Source: Lytechinus pictus (Eukaryota). Taken from it: a stretch of DNA of 64,000 nucleotides. The first letter of the stretch is position 1; each line of letters begins with the position of its first letter. The stretch spans positions 18,662,001-18,726,000 of the forward strand of contig NC_087261.1 in NCBI RefSeq assembly GCF_037042905.1, read 5' to 3'. Below are positions 25,961 through 39,165 of this stretch, piece after piece. Under the pieces are notes generated by a model. The model made no database searches and was not told the origin of the DNA. It saw only the letters and a program-made list of their open reading frames with translations. The translations under genes and the position numbers were made by a program.

Positions 25961-26441
25961 AGGGCCTTTTCACACGTGAATTTTGAATCATCATTGTAAT
26001 GATGATTGCTATTCATCTTTAGAATCATCGGACCTTTCAGACGCTCACTCGAAAACTGTAATTTGAATTCGAATTCACGAGTAAAGGCGGTATGTCTCCT
26101 TGGTGACTTGCCAATCAAAGCACATGCATCGCAAATACAAACTACGATGAGTGCATGACAATTGTATTATCTACGGAAGTGCTTAAAATGTCACGCAGGC
26201 TCCACCCCCAAAAGATTTTTTGGAGGTCAAGCCTTTCACACGCGAAATTCGTACCGTAATTTGAGTGAAACCTAACTGGAATTCACCTCCGGAGTAGAAT
26301 TTGAATTCGTGATTGTGATTAGCGTTCGTAATTTTAATAATATTCTAGTTTGGTTTCACACGAGCTAAGAATTCGTCATCAGCCTTATTTTTCACTGGAA
26401 TCATCATTCAATTTACAATTTTTTTTAACCGCGTGAAAGGG
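25961..26441. mobile_element. MITE family A, copy 2 (inverted relative to copy 1)
   Basis: AGGGCCTTTTCACACG ... CGCGTGAAAGGG. Reverse complement of 15319-15783, e.g. TGCATGACAATTGTATT and CTACGGAAGTGCTT. Confidence 0.8.
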
Positions 26442-28966
26442 TGGATAGATTACTTTCATTGTGCCCATTTCTCGCAATTTCCTTATGCTATTTCGTCACC
26501 CAAGACGAAAAGTGATTAGTGTTTGATGTCAAGCATTAACAATTATTTTGTTTGTTTGTGTGTGTGTGTGTGTGGTGTCAAGTCACATATAAAACTTATG
26601 AGCACATCGAGCAATATTTGCCTTAAAGTCTCATTACAATACAAACATTATTTTGATAACTGATTTTATTACGTAACATCAAAATATAATAACTTACATT
26701 CATTTGAGATCCGTCTATCAATTTATTTCAATTTCCTGGTATCAGCTGCTTGTAAAATACACGCACTTATACATGCTGTTCGCTTTTAACTCATCCTTTC
26801 CATATTTTCGTCTCGATAATCATGTTCAGTTTATATAATGTCGCTGTATGCTCTTTGTCTCTTTTAAGTACTTGTATTGTACTATTTGACATGTGTACAC
26901 AATTTTTATGTTGTCAATAATTCAACTGTCATGGTTGCAATAAATAAATAAATTAATTAATAAATAAATAAAAAAATAAAGAAATAAATGAATAAATATG
27001 AATACTCAGTGTATAATCATTCATATTGACATGGTTGGGATAACACTTCTCAAGTACACGATACCGTTTTGGGTTTTCCTTTAGGTTCTGAAGCGACACA
27101 CACACACACCCCAACACAAGCAAAGCAAATTTTATAAATGAAACAGGCTAAATAGTTAAATGAAGCCCAAATGCACTACTTTTTTCCGACAAAGGTTTGT
27201 ATTGATTAGGCCTTGAATGGTCAGGACTTGTCACTAATTGCCGCCATTCTGGTTTGCCTGAGAGTGGATTATGGGAAAAGACCCGGATGAAAATGAATCC
27301 CAAGAAAATAGTTTATCGAGAGTAATCGTGCCTAATAAGGCTTCGTTTATCCTAATTCAGGTAATTCATTAAGCTCAATAAAATGAGTCCCGGCATTCGT
27401 CATTCTAAAGGTCAAAGGGTTAATGCAACACGAGGTATGTAGGCTTACATGTAAACAAGGTAAAGATAGTCTTTGTGTGTAAATATTTTCTTCTCCGAGG
27501 TATAAAAATATTCAACTTTCCTTTTCCTACTGGATTGAGAGAGCAAAACTATTTTTTAACATATACATATTCCGATGGAACGTCAGACATTTTCTGGCCA
27601 CAATTCTGTTTTCCCTTCCCCCATTCTTTACCCATTATTGTTTTCTGTAATCCCACGTATGTATATCCTTGTTTATAGTTTGTGGAATTTTGCGAATTTC
27701 AGTAAACTCGCATTTACCCTTACTACAGTTTGTAATACATTACATTTTGAGTATTTTTTCATCTATTCCTTCTAGACCTCAACGAAGATATGCAGCTTTC
27801 TATCTTTCCAGTAATTAACAAAAGTTATTACCTAGCTTTATGATAAAATTTTATCATACTCGGGTAAATCGTCATCTGCAGAATATAGAATACCTCTTAT
27901 GTACACTCTATCATGTTTATATATCATGTATCCATACGTTATATAATACACCTGGCGTGAAATTCTTTGATGTACAAAACACAGTTTCTATACAAAAAAA
28001 CTACGTAAAAAATTACGTACATGTATATGTATGTCTATACAAAATGGAGGAAAGTGGATTGTGACTTGAATTAACATGAGAATGCAAAATGTAGAGTAGT
28101 TTTTGAGAGGCGATGCATGCATAATGACATGTAACTTGAGTAAGACAAGGAATAGGTTTGAGAGAACACAGGTCAGGAGAGTTGAGTGAGGAGTTTGAGA
28201 AAGTGAAGTTTTAGGGGACACGAGGAAATGAGGGGGAGGGCATCGGGGAGGTATCACGCAACTAAAAAATCTAACATAAGTCCCAATATTTGCGTTTCAT
28301 TGGTTGAAAGTGAAGTAGCGTTTTATTGCAACTCATTACGCTTGATAGGCCTATTAGTGAATGAAATCTCCTATGGTCATTACACCTAGGTTTAATCCTA
28401 ATCTAAACTGGTATGTTCTCATTTACATCGTCACATTGCACCGAAGAACGAAGTATGAAAAGAAACAATATTAGATACATAGTAAGCAAACATAGGCCCT
28501 GATTTGATTTTTCAATCTTCTTTAGGCAATTTTTCCAAAAAAATACTCCTTTTAATATATATTTGCTCTGTAAGTTATTTCTTCTAAGAATTTTTCAATT
28601 ATTTCTTTAAATTTTATATCTTTTTGTTGAAAAAAAAGGAATAAGAAGCTAAATTAAAAGAAAGATATAATGCTCTGTCCATTACCACCGTGTCTACCAA
28701 TCACAATGTCTTTATACGTTATATAAAAAAATTTATACTAAAAATAATGGTAACACAAAATTTACTGGATTTTACCCCAAAGAGTCTAGAATAATGACAA
28801 TCATAAAATAAGTAATAATAATTTTTACAGTTTTACACTTAGAGCAAAGTGGAAATTCTGCCAACTCAACGGAAACAGATATTCATTTGACATCAAAAGT
28901 ATATACACAAATTAAAAATTGAAATCAGCTAAACAAATTTCTTCAGTGAAAGTAACATTTTGTTTA

Positions 28967-29101
28967 CAGGGGTCCGTAACACAAAACTTAGCAATGATCG
29001 TAGAACATTTTTCTACGATTGATTCCTTTGACTACAATGTACAATCAATCGTGAAAATCAAGCGTACGATCAATCGCTAACCTTTGTGTTACGGGACCCT
29101 G
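28967..29101. mobile_element. 135-bp MITE, family C, copy 1
   Basis: TIR CAGGGGTCCGTAACACAAA / TTTGTGTTACGGGACCCTG. Homologous to 43507-43640 and 49467-49601. Confidence 0.85.
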
Positions 29102-30636
29102 ATATCATGGATATTGCTCCCAATGATATTTTCTTTGAAATAAAGTGACCACACGTCTATGAAATGCTAGGCTTCATAATATTTATTCCATGTTCGTGGA
29201 AATTATCATGTATCAACTTTTTTCTGTATTTTCACATGCTTTCGATTTCATGACGCAATTAATATTTTGACAACTTTTTGCAGCCGGATAGGAATGATTT
29301 TTAATTTGGTGAATGAGTCGACAGTTGATACTCCATAGAAGTGTGATCTAAGTCAACCCAGGTTTAACTAAACCATGATTATCAGAATATCATCCTATAT
29401 ATTTATGTTTTTTTTATCTTTTTGAAATCTTTACACTCATTTGGAAATTACATGAATAGCATTATTCCCGTAATAGCCAATAATTTTGAGGTGATGCAAC
29501 GTCAATTCGGGGATATTTGTTTAAAGTCGCGAACGAGTGAAAATTGGAACCTTTATTAAAAATGAAAATCTAAGTTGGTGATAAATGCTGACTTTCAAAA
29601 ATATGTATTTCACCCTTTTCCATTTTCATCCTTGTATACATGTTATTTGTTTTATTCTTTGACCAATTAAATACAATGCTTGGGACATAGTACATTGTTA
29701 ATAACAGAGCACAAATAATGAAGTTAGGAAAAGACAATATTTAATGTCCTATGTGAAGAGGAGCATAAATTTGAGGTAAAAATGAATTAAAAAAGAAGAC
29801 CAGGGGGGAAAAGAAGATACAGCATGGGATATAATGATTTGTAGAAACTACTGGCGGACACGAAAATCAATGGGAGATAGTGCGTCGAAGGTGGAACAAA
29901 GGATAAAGAAGAAATTAAACAAAAAGAGAAACGAAGGACATAAATCAGAAAAAAGGGAAAAAATAACCTCATATCTCAAGAAAGAAACAAGAAAAGAAAA
30001 TAGCTAAAGAAGCGATCGAACCGGTGATAAATGGATAGAAAATGAGGTGGTACACTATTATAAGGGAGGGGGGAAGGAAGGATGTACAATAGAAAGGGGG
30101 AAGGGGAGGGGTGTATACTATGGAGAGAGACGGGCAGATAATTGATCCAACCACTTGACCTATAGAAGAGGTTCTACACGCAGACTTCGCTCTGTTCCGC
30201 CATAATGCAACTCTCTCTTCCATGTGTTATAACCATATCTCCTTAAAAAAGCGTCCCGTCTTGGTACAAGTAGTCTCAAGCCGCAGACTTATTGCAGCTT
30301 CCTTTGTGCATTTTGCATGGGAAAATGATGTGTATTCTGTTGCTTTTCAAAGTCTCGCGAGACATAACTTCAACTATTCCATATTCATACCTTTAATCCG
30401 GTATTACTTTAATTAATGTTTTCCTTCCTCAGATATCATGGATACAATGATGTGTGTATACATGTATATTTCTAGGGCAGTCTCCAGTTCGTCAATTATT
30501 CTGCAGATTGAGCCGAATGCATAAAAAGCAGCATTTCCATTTGATAGCCTTTTGGTAGCCTTGTGCTTATATCAGCAACCTGGGCCTGACATAAGCAATT
30601 GCTTGTGAGGCAAACCTTTTCAAGACAGAACGATAG

Positions 30637-30926
30637 TAATAATAATGATAATAGCGGTACATTTACCCAGGGTAGCCACTTCAGTTCTGAAAACTGTTCT
30701 CTCAGCGGGCCCTGCTATTATTACCCCGGCTTTAGCTGGGCTGCCTTGGCGCTCAAGCATTCAAGGAATTTATCCTGCCGGGTACCCATTCACCTCACCC
30801 GGGTCGAGTGCAGCACAGTGTGGATAAATTTCTTGCTGAAGGAAAACACGGCATGGCTAGGATTCGAACCCGCGACCCGCTGTTTGAAAGGCAAGATTCA
30901 GAACCACTAGACCACGACGCGACCAC
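30637..30926 (-). mobile_element. tRNA-derived SINE, near full length
   Basis: Minus strand: A box TGGTCTAGTGG (30904-30914), B box GGTTCGAATCC (30860-30870), central domain CCTTCAGCAAG...AATGGGTACC, and a 3' tail ending in (ATT)n. Confidence 0.85.
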
Positions 30927-33122
30927 GCGATAGTCCACGCGTGTCTTTGATTTGTTCGCATCAGCGTGACTGTAGTTGCTGCAACCAAAAGAAATAGCAA
31001 AAAAGTAAGGCAAGCAAGAGGGATGCGTTAAGGAAATGCTCATTTGTTTAGCATAAGCATTAACTTGCTCATGCATTTTGGTAGACGTAAGGTAGCATAT
31101 GCTTCAGGTTTGAACAATATTGGTCGCAGCGAGCAACCCTTTATTATCCATGAAGGTCTGGTAGAGAAAAGATGGGCTAGAACATGTTTTTCTTTTTATA
31201 TGAAAACCTTGCAGCTTCTGGTACATGTATGTCAAGTGATCCATTTATTATCAACTTATTCACCTTAGTTTTGCAGAAATTTAATTTTGGTTATCGTTTG
31301 GTATGTTTTAAGAAATTTTGCACTCAATATAAGCGCATGTTTTTGCGAAGTTTTTTTCTATTTCGAAAGTCAATCCTTCCCTTTTCCCCCACAGTGTTTA
31401 CATGCAAATTTCACATACTTTTAGCCATTTGTATCCATTTTCAATTTATTTGCCATATTTGACCAAATTGATATTATATATAAATTAATGTGTTTTCTTT
31501 CGTTCAAATGTCCCATCTGTACTTCAATTCAGGGATATCCTTTATATCCCAATTCATCATTAGGTGATTTTGCGTATTTTTTTTAAAGTAATGTTTGTTT
31601 TAATCCATGTCATGTTTCTTATTTTGAGGCTTTTTTGCTATCAGAAATAAAATCGTCTTACAGGTCTATAAATAGATTTATCATTCTATTATTCAATCAT
31701 TCAATCTACCCATCTATATATCAATAAATCAATCAATCAACCTGACATTCAATCAATCAATCAAACAAAGACCGAGTTCTAATCACTTTCGCTCCGATGG
31801 AAACTACAACGGGTCTGCACTCACAGACTACATCCAGATGAAAAACACACCATGCGCATATCATTATCAGCATACGTCCCGTGGCGTGTTTGGTATATAT
31901 GGTGACGCCAATTCTGCCCCGATGTATATGGCATGGGATGGTTTCTCTATCATCTACAAGATAATAAAGACAAGAGGTTAGAAGATATATATTACACACA
32001 TCTCTTTCGTAACAATATTCTCCATCTCTTTCTAGCCTTACGCCTATGAAGGTGGAAAATGCATATTCCCGAGAGAATATTCAGCATTTCAAAGCTATCT
32101 ATCGACGGGACTTAAAGATAGAAAATGAATTCGTATATTGCTCTCTGACTGTGCCTTAAATCTTAAAAGACGTAGTAAATTATTTTACCTATACTCAAGA
32201 GAATGACATTACCAAAATCAGGCCATTGACTTTTTTAATAGTCATGTAGATTAGAGCCATAATTCTATTTCTCATCATTGTCACTTTTAACGCTTTTCAT
32301 AAATCGGCATTATATTTTTTTAGATTGTGTACTAATCTTAATCATTCCTCTGAAAGAATATCGGTTCACAATGATGAGTGGCATATCAAAATTGCATATT
32401 ATCCCATGTACGTGACTGTATACATTAATGCCAAATCATTTTGTTTGTTTTAATGAAGGGATTTTTTAGTGCATTTACTAGTTTGAGCCTATTGATCGGA
32501 AAGTGTACGCCAATGTATCATTATACAATTTAGTGTTAAATTATGAAAATACATGTCTTCATCTACCATAGTTTTTATTGTGATTTCACACAGCCAACTC
32601 AAAATCTAAATTAGTATGTTCAGGCGATCGTCCTAGCCTATGCAAGCTAATCATGTATATACGCTTGGTCTCTTTAGCCTTGAACTATAATTATTTTAGT
32701 GCATTTTATGCTCTACCACTCATCAAAATTACTAATTCAGGGCACAGATTCTGAATAAACAAACTGGGATGCCGCGTGAAGTTGAGAGAAAAGAGCTCCA
32801 GAGAGAAAGGAAGAGAGGGGGAGGGATGGGAAGGGGGAAGGGGCTAAAGAAGAAGTAGAAAGAGAAAGATAAGAAGAGAAGCAGAGGTTTGCGTGCGTGT
32901 GCGTGACGGTGTGGGTGCGTGTTAAGGTGTGTGTATATGCGCGTATGTCACATAAAGATTGGGTTAGTGTGAGTGTGTGTGTGTGTGTGTGAGAGAGAGA
33001 GAAAGAGAGGTAATGAAGAAGGAAGCGGCGCAATGCTAACGGAATCTGTGGGGCTTGAGCTTCGTACGTTTATTACAAAAAAATGTGTTATATGGTCCTG
33101 CACTGGCAATGAAAAGGCTATA

Positions 33123-33518
33123 TCTATGAAGTAAAGAGTGCCCATGACTAGATAACTGACGGTTGAGATTAATTATAACAGTGATGTGACGCAAGGCTGC
33201 AAAGTTGCACCGGCTCTATTAAAAAAATTTCATAGAAGTTTTGCTTAAGCTTGCAGCCTCCCCGTTTGCTTTGACCTTTGCAGACTGAAAGCTCAGAAAA
33301 AGATCAGGGCCCAGCTGCATGTCTATGAAGTAAAGAGTGCCCATGACTAAATAACTGACGGTTGAGATTAATTATAACAGTGATGTGACGCAAGGCTGCA
33401 AAGTTGCACCGGCTCTATTAAATAATGTCATAGAAGTTTTGCTTAAGCTTGCAGCCTCCCCGTTTGCTTTGACCTTTGCAGACTGAAAGCTCAGAAAAAG
33501 ATCAGGGCCCAGCTGCAT
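33123..33518. repeat. Near-perfect tandem duplication of ~198 bp
   Basis: 33123-33320 is repeated at 33322-33518 with only a few differences. Confidence 0.95.
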
Positions 33519-33662
33519 AAAAGTAACTGATATAGTACATTTTACATCCAGTGGTAACTACCATGGTAATGATGCTTAACAGACAATCAAATCCATGATT
33601 TCATGAGAATTACCATCGGATGGCAAAGTTAAAATTATATACGCATTCATGTAACGGGGCCA
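33503..33662. mobile_element. Small MITE with CAGGGCCC-type terminus
   Basis: CAGGGCCCAGCTGCATAAA ... TTCATGTAACGGGGCCA imperfect TIRs. Internal GGTAACTACCATGGTAA motif. Confidence 0.5.
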
Positions 33663-33809
33663 AAATGATATTCCACGTCAGAAAAGCTCAGTTTGCTGAT
33701 GATTTCCATCGTTGGTGGCAACGCTGGTGACCTGCAAAGACTTCTAACCGTCTAAAATAAATTGGCCGAGCAAATAATGACCAAAAGCTAAAAAAACAAA
33801 ACTGATATC

Positions 33810-34172
33810 GAATTATATATAATTGCGGTAAACACTAATTCTACGAGAAAAGCCTGTAAAACCAACGTTAATTGTCCGTATATCATCATAGATCTAGATC
33901 TGGTACAATTACATAAACAAAACGTAGTTCTAACTAATAGAATCAAAGTTTAAAAAAATATAACAATGAATACCATCAACACAGATAGGCACATATAGGA
34001 CAGTGCACCTTTGTTGCTTGAAAATACAAACAATGCTATGCCAATTTCTCAGCAAATCTTCCTGAATCCATTGGCCCATATTCTATTTATGCAAACAGAA
34101 ACTTGGGTTATCATTTATTATATTCTGTATGAAACTATTTCAAAATCATTACAATGGAAAATTATCTTTGAA
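33810..34172. mobile_element. Decayed non-autonomous DNA transposon (probably Kolobok-like)
   Basis: Resembles a recurrent echinoid repeat (AGATCTAGATCTGGTACA core, end TGGAAAATTATCTTTGAA). Recognised from memory; no second copy in the window. Confidence 0.4.
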
Positions 34173-35882
34173 TATAAGCAGGACCATCTACCTTTTTGAA
34201 AGGCTGAGAAGGAAGAGTAATATTTATTTATTTTTTAAATTTATTTATTCATTCATTCATTTCTTAATTTATTTTTTTTACTGCAGAGGTATGTATCAAC
34301 ACTAGATCTAAGGACTAAAATCAGTGCATTGTATCAATTCTTACAATATACAAGCGAGACGTGGACTTTCTTTAGGGCGATATCAAGGGTTTCTGTGCTC
34401 TAGGATTGGGATTCACGCGATGCACAATATACCAAACCCTCTTTTGTATACAAAAAATACATTTTGACGGAAAATAATGGTAATAATATATGAGACGAAG
34501 ATTGAAATTAAGATTGGAATATTTTCTTGCCTTGATACGATTATAGTGTAAGGATCCCGGAACCGTCTAAAAACAAATTAAGAATAGTTTAAGAATATCA
34601 CTTTAAGCCTCATATATGTTTTATCTAGAACGTCCTGTGTTAACCCATTTATCAGGCAGCAGCTTTATAGGAACAGTACTTTGATTTCATGTGGCGAATA
34701 ATTCTCGAAGAAAATATAAGCAATATACTGATAGACTCAAGGTTAGAAAGCATTTTCATTTCATCTATTCGAATGAAGGAAATAGAATGGCGTCACTAAT
34801 TACCTAAGAGATGTTATTTTATTCAAACTTGGTTCTTTTCTTTCTTTGGAAATAAATTAAACCAGTTTTAAAATATTCATTTGTAAAAGTGCAAATGGCA
34901 AATAAACGTATTAAAATAAATCTGGTTGCCAAAAAGTTTCCCTGTAAAAAAAGAGTTTGAGGATATAAATAGGTATTAACTACGTATTCTTTTATCTTTT
35001 TTTAAGACGCAGAATAATGAAACTTGCCCAATATAACCACAGGGGTCCTTGCCTATTACTTTTCTTGTATATTTTTAACCCTTTTTATCATTTCATCGGC
35101 CGCAGATGAACTGTTGTAAGAAATCAGGTTGATGATATTCATATTTCCTTTTGCGTCACAATTTTCTTTTTTTACATGTCCATTTTAAGATTGGTTTTGA
35201 TATTGAAACCTAACAACTTCAGCTGCAGCGAAGAATCCTTGAAATAATTGTATTCCTGGTTACAAATATCATATCAACAAAGGACTTCTATAAATGTAAA
35301 TCCCTTTTAAATAAAAAATGTATGTATATCCCTCATCAGTTGATTTTCTTGTCAGAAAGGATCAAACAAGTAGGAATAAATTACATACATGTCTATATAT
35401 CTCTATGTGTTTGGGGAGTGTGTGGGTGTGTGAATGTATTTCTGTACCTTTCCCTTCCTATTCCTGATTTTTTTTTTTCTGAAAATATGCAGAAGAGACG
35501 AAGAAGAAAAAGAGAATGGGATATGTAAGAATATTGGTGGGGCAAATATATTGCAAAAGGTAGTATTGGTTTATTAAGCTTTTTGGAATAGTTCTTTAAG
35601 CTTTTTTTTCGGGGGGGGGGTATACCACTAATGGTAGGCTAGCACACCCTTACGCTACATAATGTACCCTTGACTCTTCCCCATTCTAAAAAAATGGAAG
35701 TGAACAATTTATGATTAAAAGAAAGTCCTGTCATGCTTTACAAAATTACAAAGATGGTTTAAATGTTTGATAACAAACTTTTTATACAACTGGTAAAGAT
35801 TGGATTTCAAATGATGTATCAAATCATATTGGTAAGGGCCCCACAAGGCCACCGTAAAATCGAGCGTAAGTGCGTACCTTAA

Positions 35883-36278
35883 AGGACAAGGGAACCCCAA
35901 TAAAGAGTTGATTTGTATGAAAGGTAAAAAACCTCAACAAGCACATAACACAAAACAATAATCAAAACCGGATTTAAAAAAATATGACATTTGTGATCCA
36001 GTCATATCGGTAATTATTGTCAAATAAGTAGAATTGAAATATTGTATCATTCTGACAATTAAAAGACAAAGAAATAATGAGTGAGAGACATCATTCTCAG
36101 ACTCTCTCATTTGCATGCCGCTGAGTTTTGCATGTAACTGTTGTGTGAAAAATAAGTAAAACTTTGAAATGCCATAGCCTTCTTATTTTACATTCGATTT
36201 TGATGAAATGTTTAGTGTTATGCTTGTTTAATTTTACTCTATTGATTTAAATCGACATTTTCTTGGGGGACTTGACCT
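35883..36278. mobile_element. TTAA-target (Kolobok-like) MITE, internally deleted
   Basis: TTAA|AGGACAAG..ACCCC left end and GGGGGACTTGACCT|TTCA right end. Subterminal inverted similarity (ATCAAAACCGGAT / ATTCGATTTTGAT). Confidence 0.7.
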
Positions 36279-37340
36279 TTCAAGAACACCCATCTGGTTA
36301 TATGACTGAACTAGAAAGTACATTTTGACGTCAGATTAGGTATATTGACGGTCGAAGATCCTCGAGGTAAGGTGGGCGACTTAGAAATCGAGTCGTTCAA
36401 AGTACAAGAAAATATTACAATTATACCCTCTATAATACTTTTCATTCCCATTCACAAAAATGAAAATTTAAACTCCAGCAAGTTATTAAATATGGTGATT
36501 TGACTTTGTAAATGGAGCGGGGGTGGAAATGAAGATGAGTGTTTCATTAAACAACGTGGGAAGATGTATCGTATTATTTATGACACAAGAGGAATATAAT
36601 TATAAAGTATTTATGTATAACTGGAAGATTTAAAAATTCAAGGAGGATTTAGTTGTCTTAATGAACGGTAATGGAAATCCTCTTTCTCATAAAGAATCAT
36701 CCACTCGCTTTAGTTTCAATAAAACAATTAATAATATCTAGCATATGGCCTATGCAATTCATGCTGAATATCTGGACTTTTTTTTAAAGGACATAAATTT
36801 TCAATCATTAAAAAAAGTGATGGACAATATGTCCCAAAATCATTTTTTACCTAATTTTCAATTTGTAATATGATAATACTTTACACTGTACATTTCCTTT
36901 CTTGTTTGTTGAATGTTCAGTTATATTAATGTATGCTACTTAATAGTTTTGTAAAGCGCTTAGAAACACCGTGTATAAAGCGCAGCTATATAAAAGAGAA
37001 CAAAGTATTAAACAAAAGAATAGTAAATATTTGAGCAATTTTGTACAATGAATAGGAGAGTTGGATGTTTGAAATACGACTTAGGTTTCGTAAATATCAA
37101 ATTGGCTATTGTTTTTCAGTATATCATGACAGGCGGTATGCATGGCGTGGTAATTCTCGCATTTGTATACTTTTTCATGAGGAATTCGCAGTTTTCATAA
37201 CATTCTGGACGGTAATCAAAATTTGCATTTTTTTTTTCAAATTGATATATATATATACACATATATACCATTGTTCTCTTCATCCATTTCTTTCACAAAA
37301 TATACATATAAATTTATATACATATACATATATATATATA

Positions 37341-37545
37341 TTTATATTTGAGATCAAGAATATGGAGAGGGCCGTAAGAAGGTCAATACCAGTCTTAATC
37401 AAGCTTTCGGGCACATGCCCTTCATCAGGATCTAAACCAATATATAAAATACAAAATATAGGCCTACTAATAACAATGATAAATACAATACAATGCAATA
37501 TATAATTGCGTTAAGCAATTATATTCCATTTCTAATAACCAAATA

Positions 37546-37548
<3 letters not shown>
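37341..37548 (-). mobile_element. Short solo PLE pLTR/3'-end fragment carrying the hammerhead, inserted between (TA)n tracts
   Basis: An ~200 bp segment containing the hammerhead, bounded on both sides by (TA)n/(TG)n microsatellite. No RT sequence nearby. Confidence 0.55.
37397..37433 (-). ncRNA. Minimal type I hammerhead ribozyme with intact catalytic core (PLE/retrozyme type)
   Basis: Minus strand reads AGAUC-CUGAUGA-A-GGGC-AUGU-GCCC-GAAA-GCUU^GAUU. Perfect CUGANGA and GAAA boxes, 4-bp GC stem II, stem I GAUC/GAUU, UH cleavage site, and palindromic AAGCUU instead of stem III. Confidence 0.88.
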
Positions 37549-37597
<49 letters not shown>

Positions 37598-37645
37598 GGG
37601 GTGTGTGTATATATATATGTGTGTGTGAGTGTAATGTGTGTGTGC
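37549..37645. repeat. Compound (TA)n/(TG)n microsatellite
   Basis: Directly visible. Confidence 0.95.
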
Positions 37646-39097
37646 AGCATAAAGTATGTAGCAGTTGAATATAATCTGTCGTCATCAATTTTGTCATGTC
37701 TATGTATTTATATAACTGACTATAATTTGTATGAAAAATTTAGGACTGTATAAGTCTTAACTTGCCAAGAATATTCGTTCTCATACCGAAATTACGGCCA
37801 AGTTTGTACGATTGAGAACAATACACAGCAACAACAAATAAAGTTCATTTACAAATCACTGATTCTTATTAATGGGAATATACATATGGTAAAAGATGGC
37901 ATATATTCACCCACACCCACACACGCATCTCGTCTCCGATTTATATACTACATGGCTTACTGAATCACACGATATTACATTACCTCTCTCGTTCTCTTAC
38001 CTATTCTTCGAACGAGACGATGCCGGATGCCGTGTAAAATGGCACTCGCCCGCTATCATTCGCATCACTCGATTCCACACACACATACACCCACCCACAC
38101 ACGCCCATACAGAAGAAAGAGTTAATGTTATGAAACTTCAACCGGCTTGGAACTTGGGTAGATTATTTCCAAGCCTAAGAGAATGATGAGGAGTTATCAT
38201 TTCAATTTCCTAAATTGATGAAAGCGATAGTCCTCTAGCCCTACACCCCTTGTTCATTTGCAGGCGTCCCGGCATCTCATCCTACGAGTAATTGACCCGA
38301 ACCCAGCCCGGGCGCCCGAGGGAAAAGGCAACGGTAGAAATGTCAGAGGTCCCGAGTTATGGGACTAGAATCTGAAAGCGCAACCAAGACTAGATAATTT
38401 TCCCGCCTTTCCTTTCTATCTCTCCAGTTAATCGTCTCCTTTTACACATTGTTTCCTCTTCCATTCAGTTTGTGCGTCGTAGGCCTATTTTACGGAGGGT
38501 GTGGGGTATTTATTTTTGTCATTATAATTCAAAATTATGATTTATTGGTTCAATATATGGCTCGATTTATTGTTTAATTACATTCAATATATTCACTAGG
38601 CTTGCAATATGCGTTCAGGATGTTCAGGAAAAAAATAAGCAGAAAATGATAATAACGGAGTCATTACCATGTTAATAGAATGACACTAGCTTTGATGAAA
38701 ATATGGTGCCAGCACTTACATTCTGGTTGAAATGAGCATTAGGCCAACCAGGCTAAAGCTGATAAAAACCACAAAAGGCATGCCAACAAAATCACCTAAC
38801 TGACCCCAAAACATCCAAATTTAAATAATCACTTTTCCAAGTATCCATCCTAATTTACCCTATCAAGGACTTTTGGAAGGTCTGATAGCGTACCTTCCTT
38901 GCTCCAGAGGCATTATATAGAACACAAAATTGTTCAAATAAAAGAAAAATCCACAAAAACGCAGAAAACTAGGCCTATATATAAAAAAACATAACACTCG
39001 TGTTATTAATTGAGAAAAATGCAAGCGAGCGAAACGAGTAAGCAAAAATTGTCATTGGTATAGCTTTAACACATGAGAGAATTATTTAAACAATCTG

Positions 39098-39113
39098 TCC
39101 CCCCTCTCTCCCC

Positions 39114-39163
<50 letters not shown>
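39098..39163. repeat. (CT)n microsatellite
   Basis: Directly visible. Confidence 0.95.

Positions 39164-39165
<2 letters not shown>

Noticed and set aside
30850-30926. tRNA gene
   Set aside because: The tRNA-like head continues into a SINE body and tail; acceptor stem is not intact.
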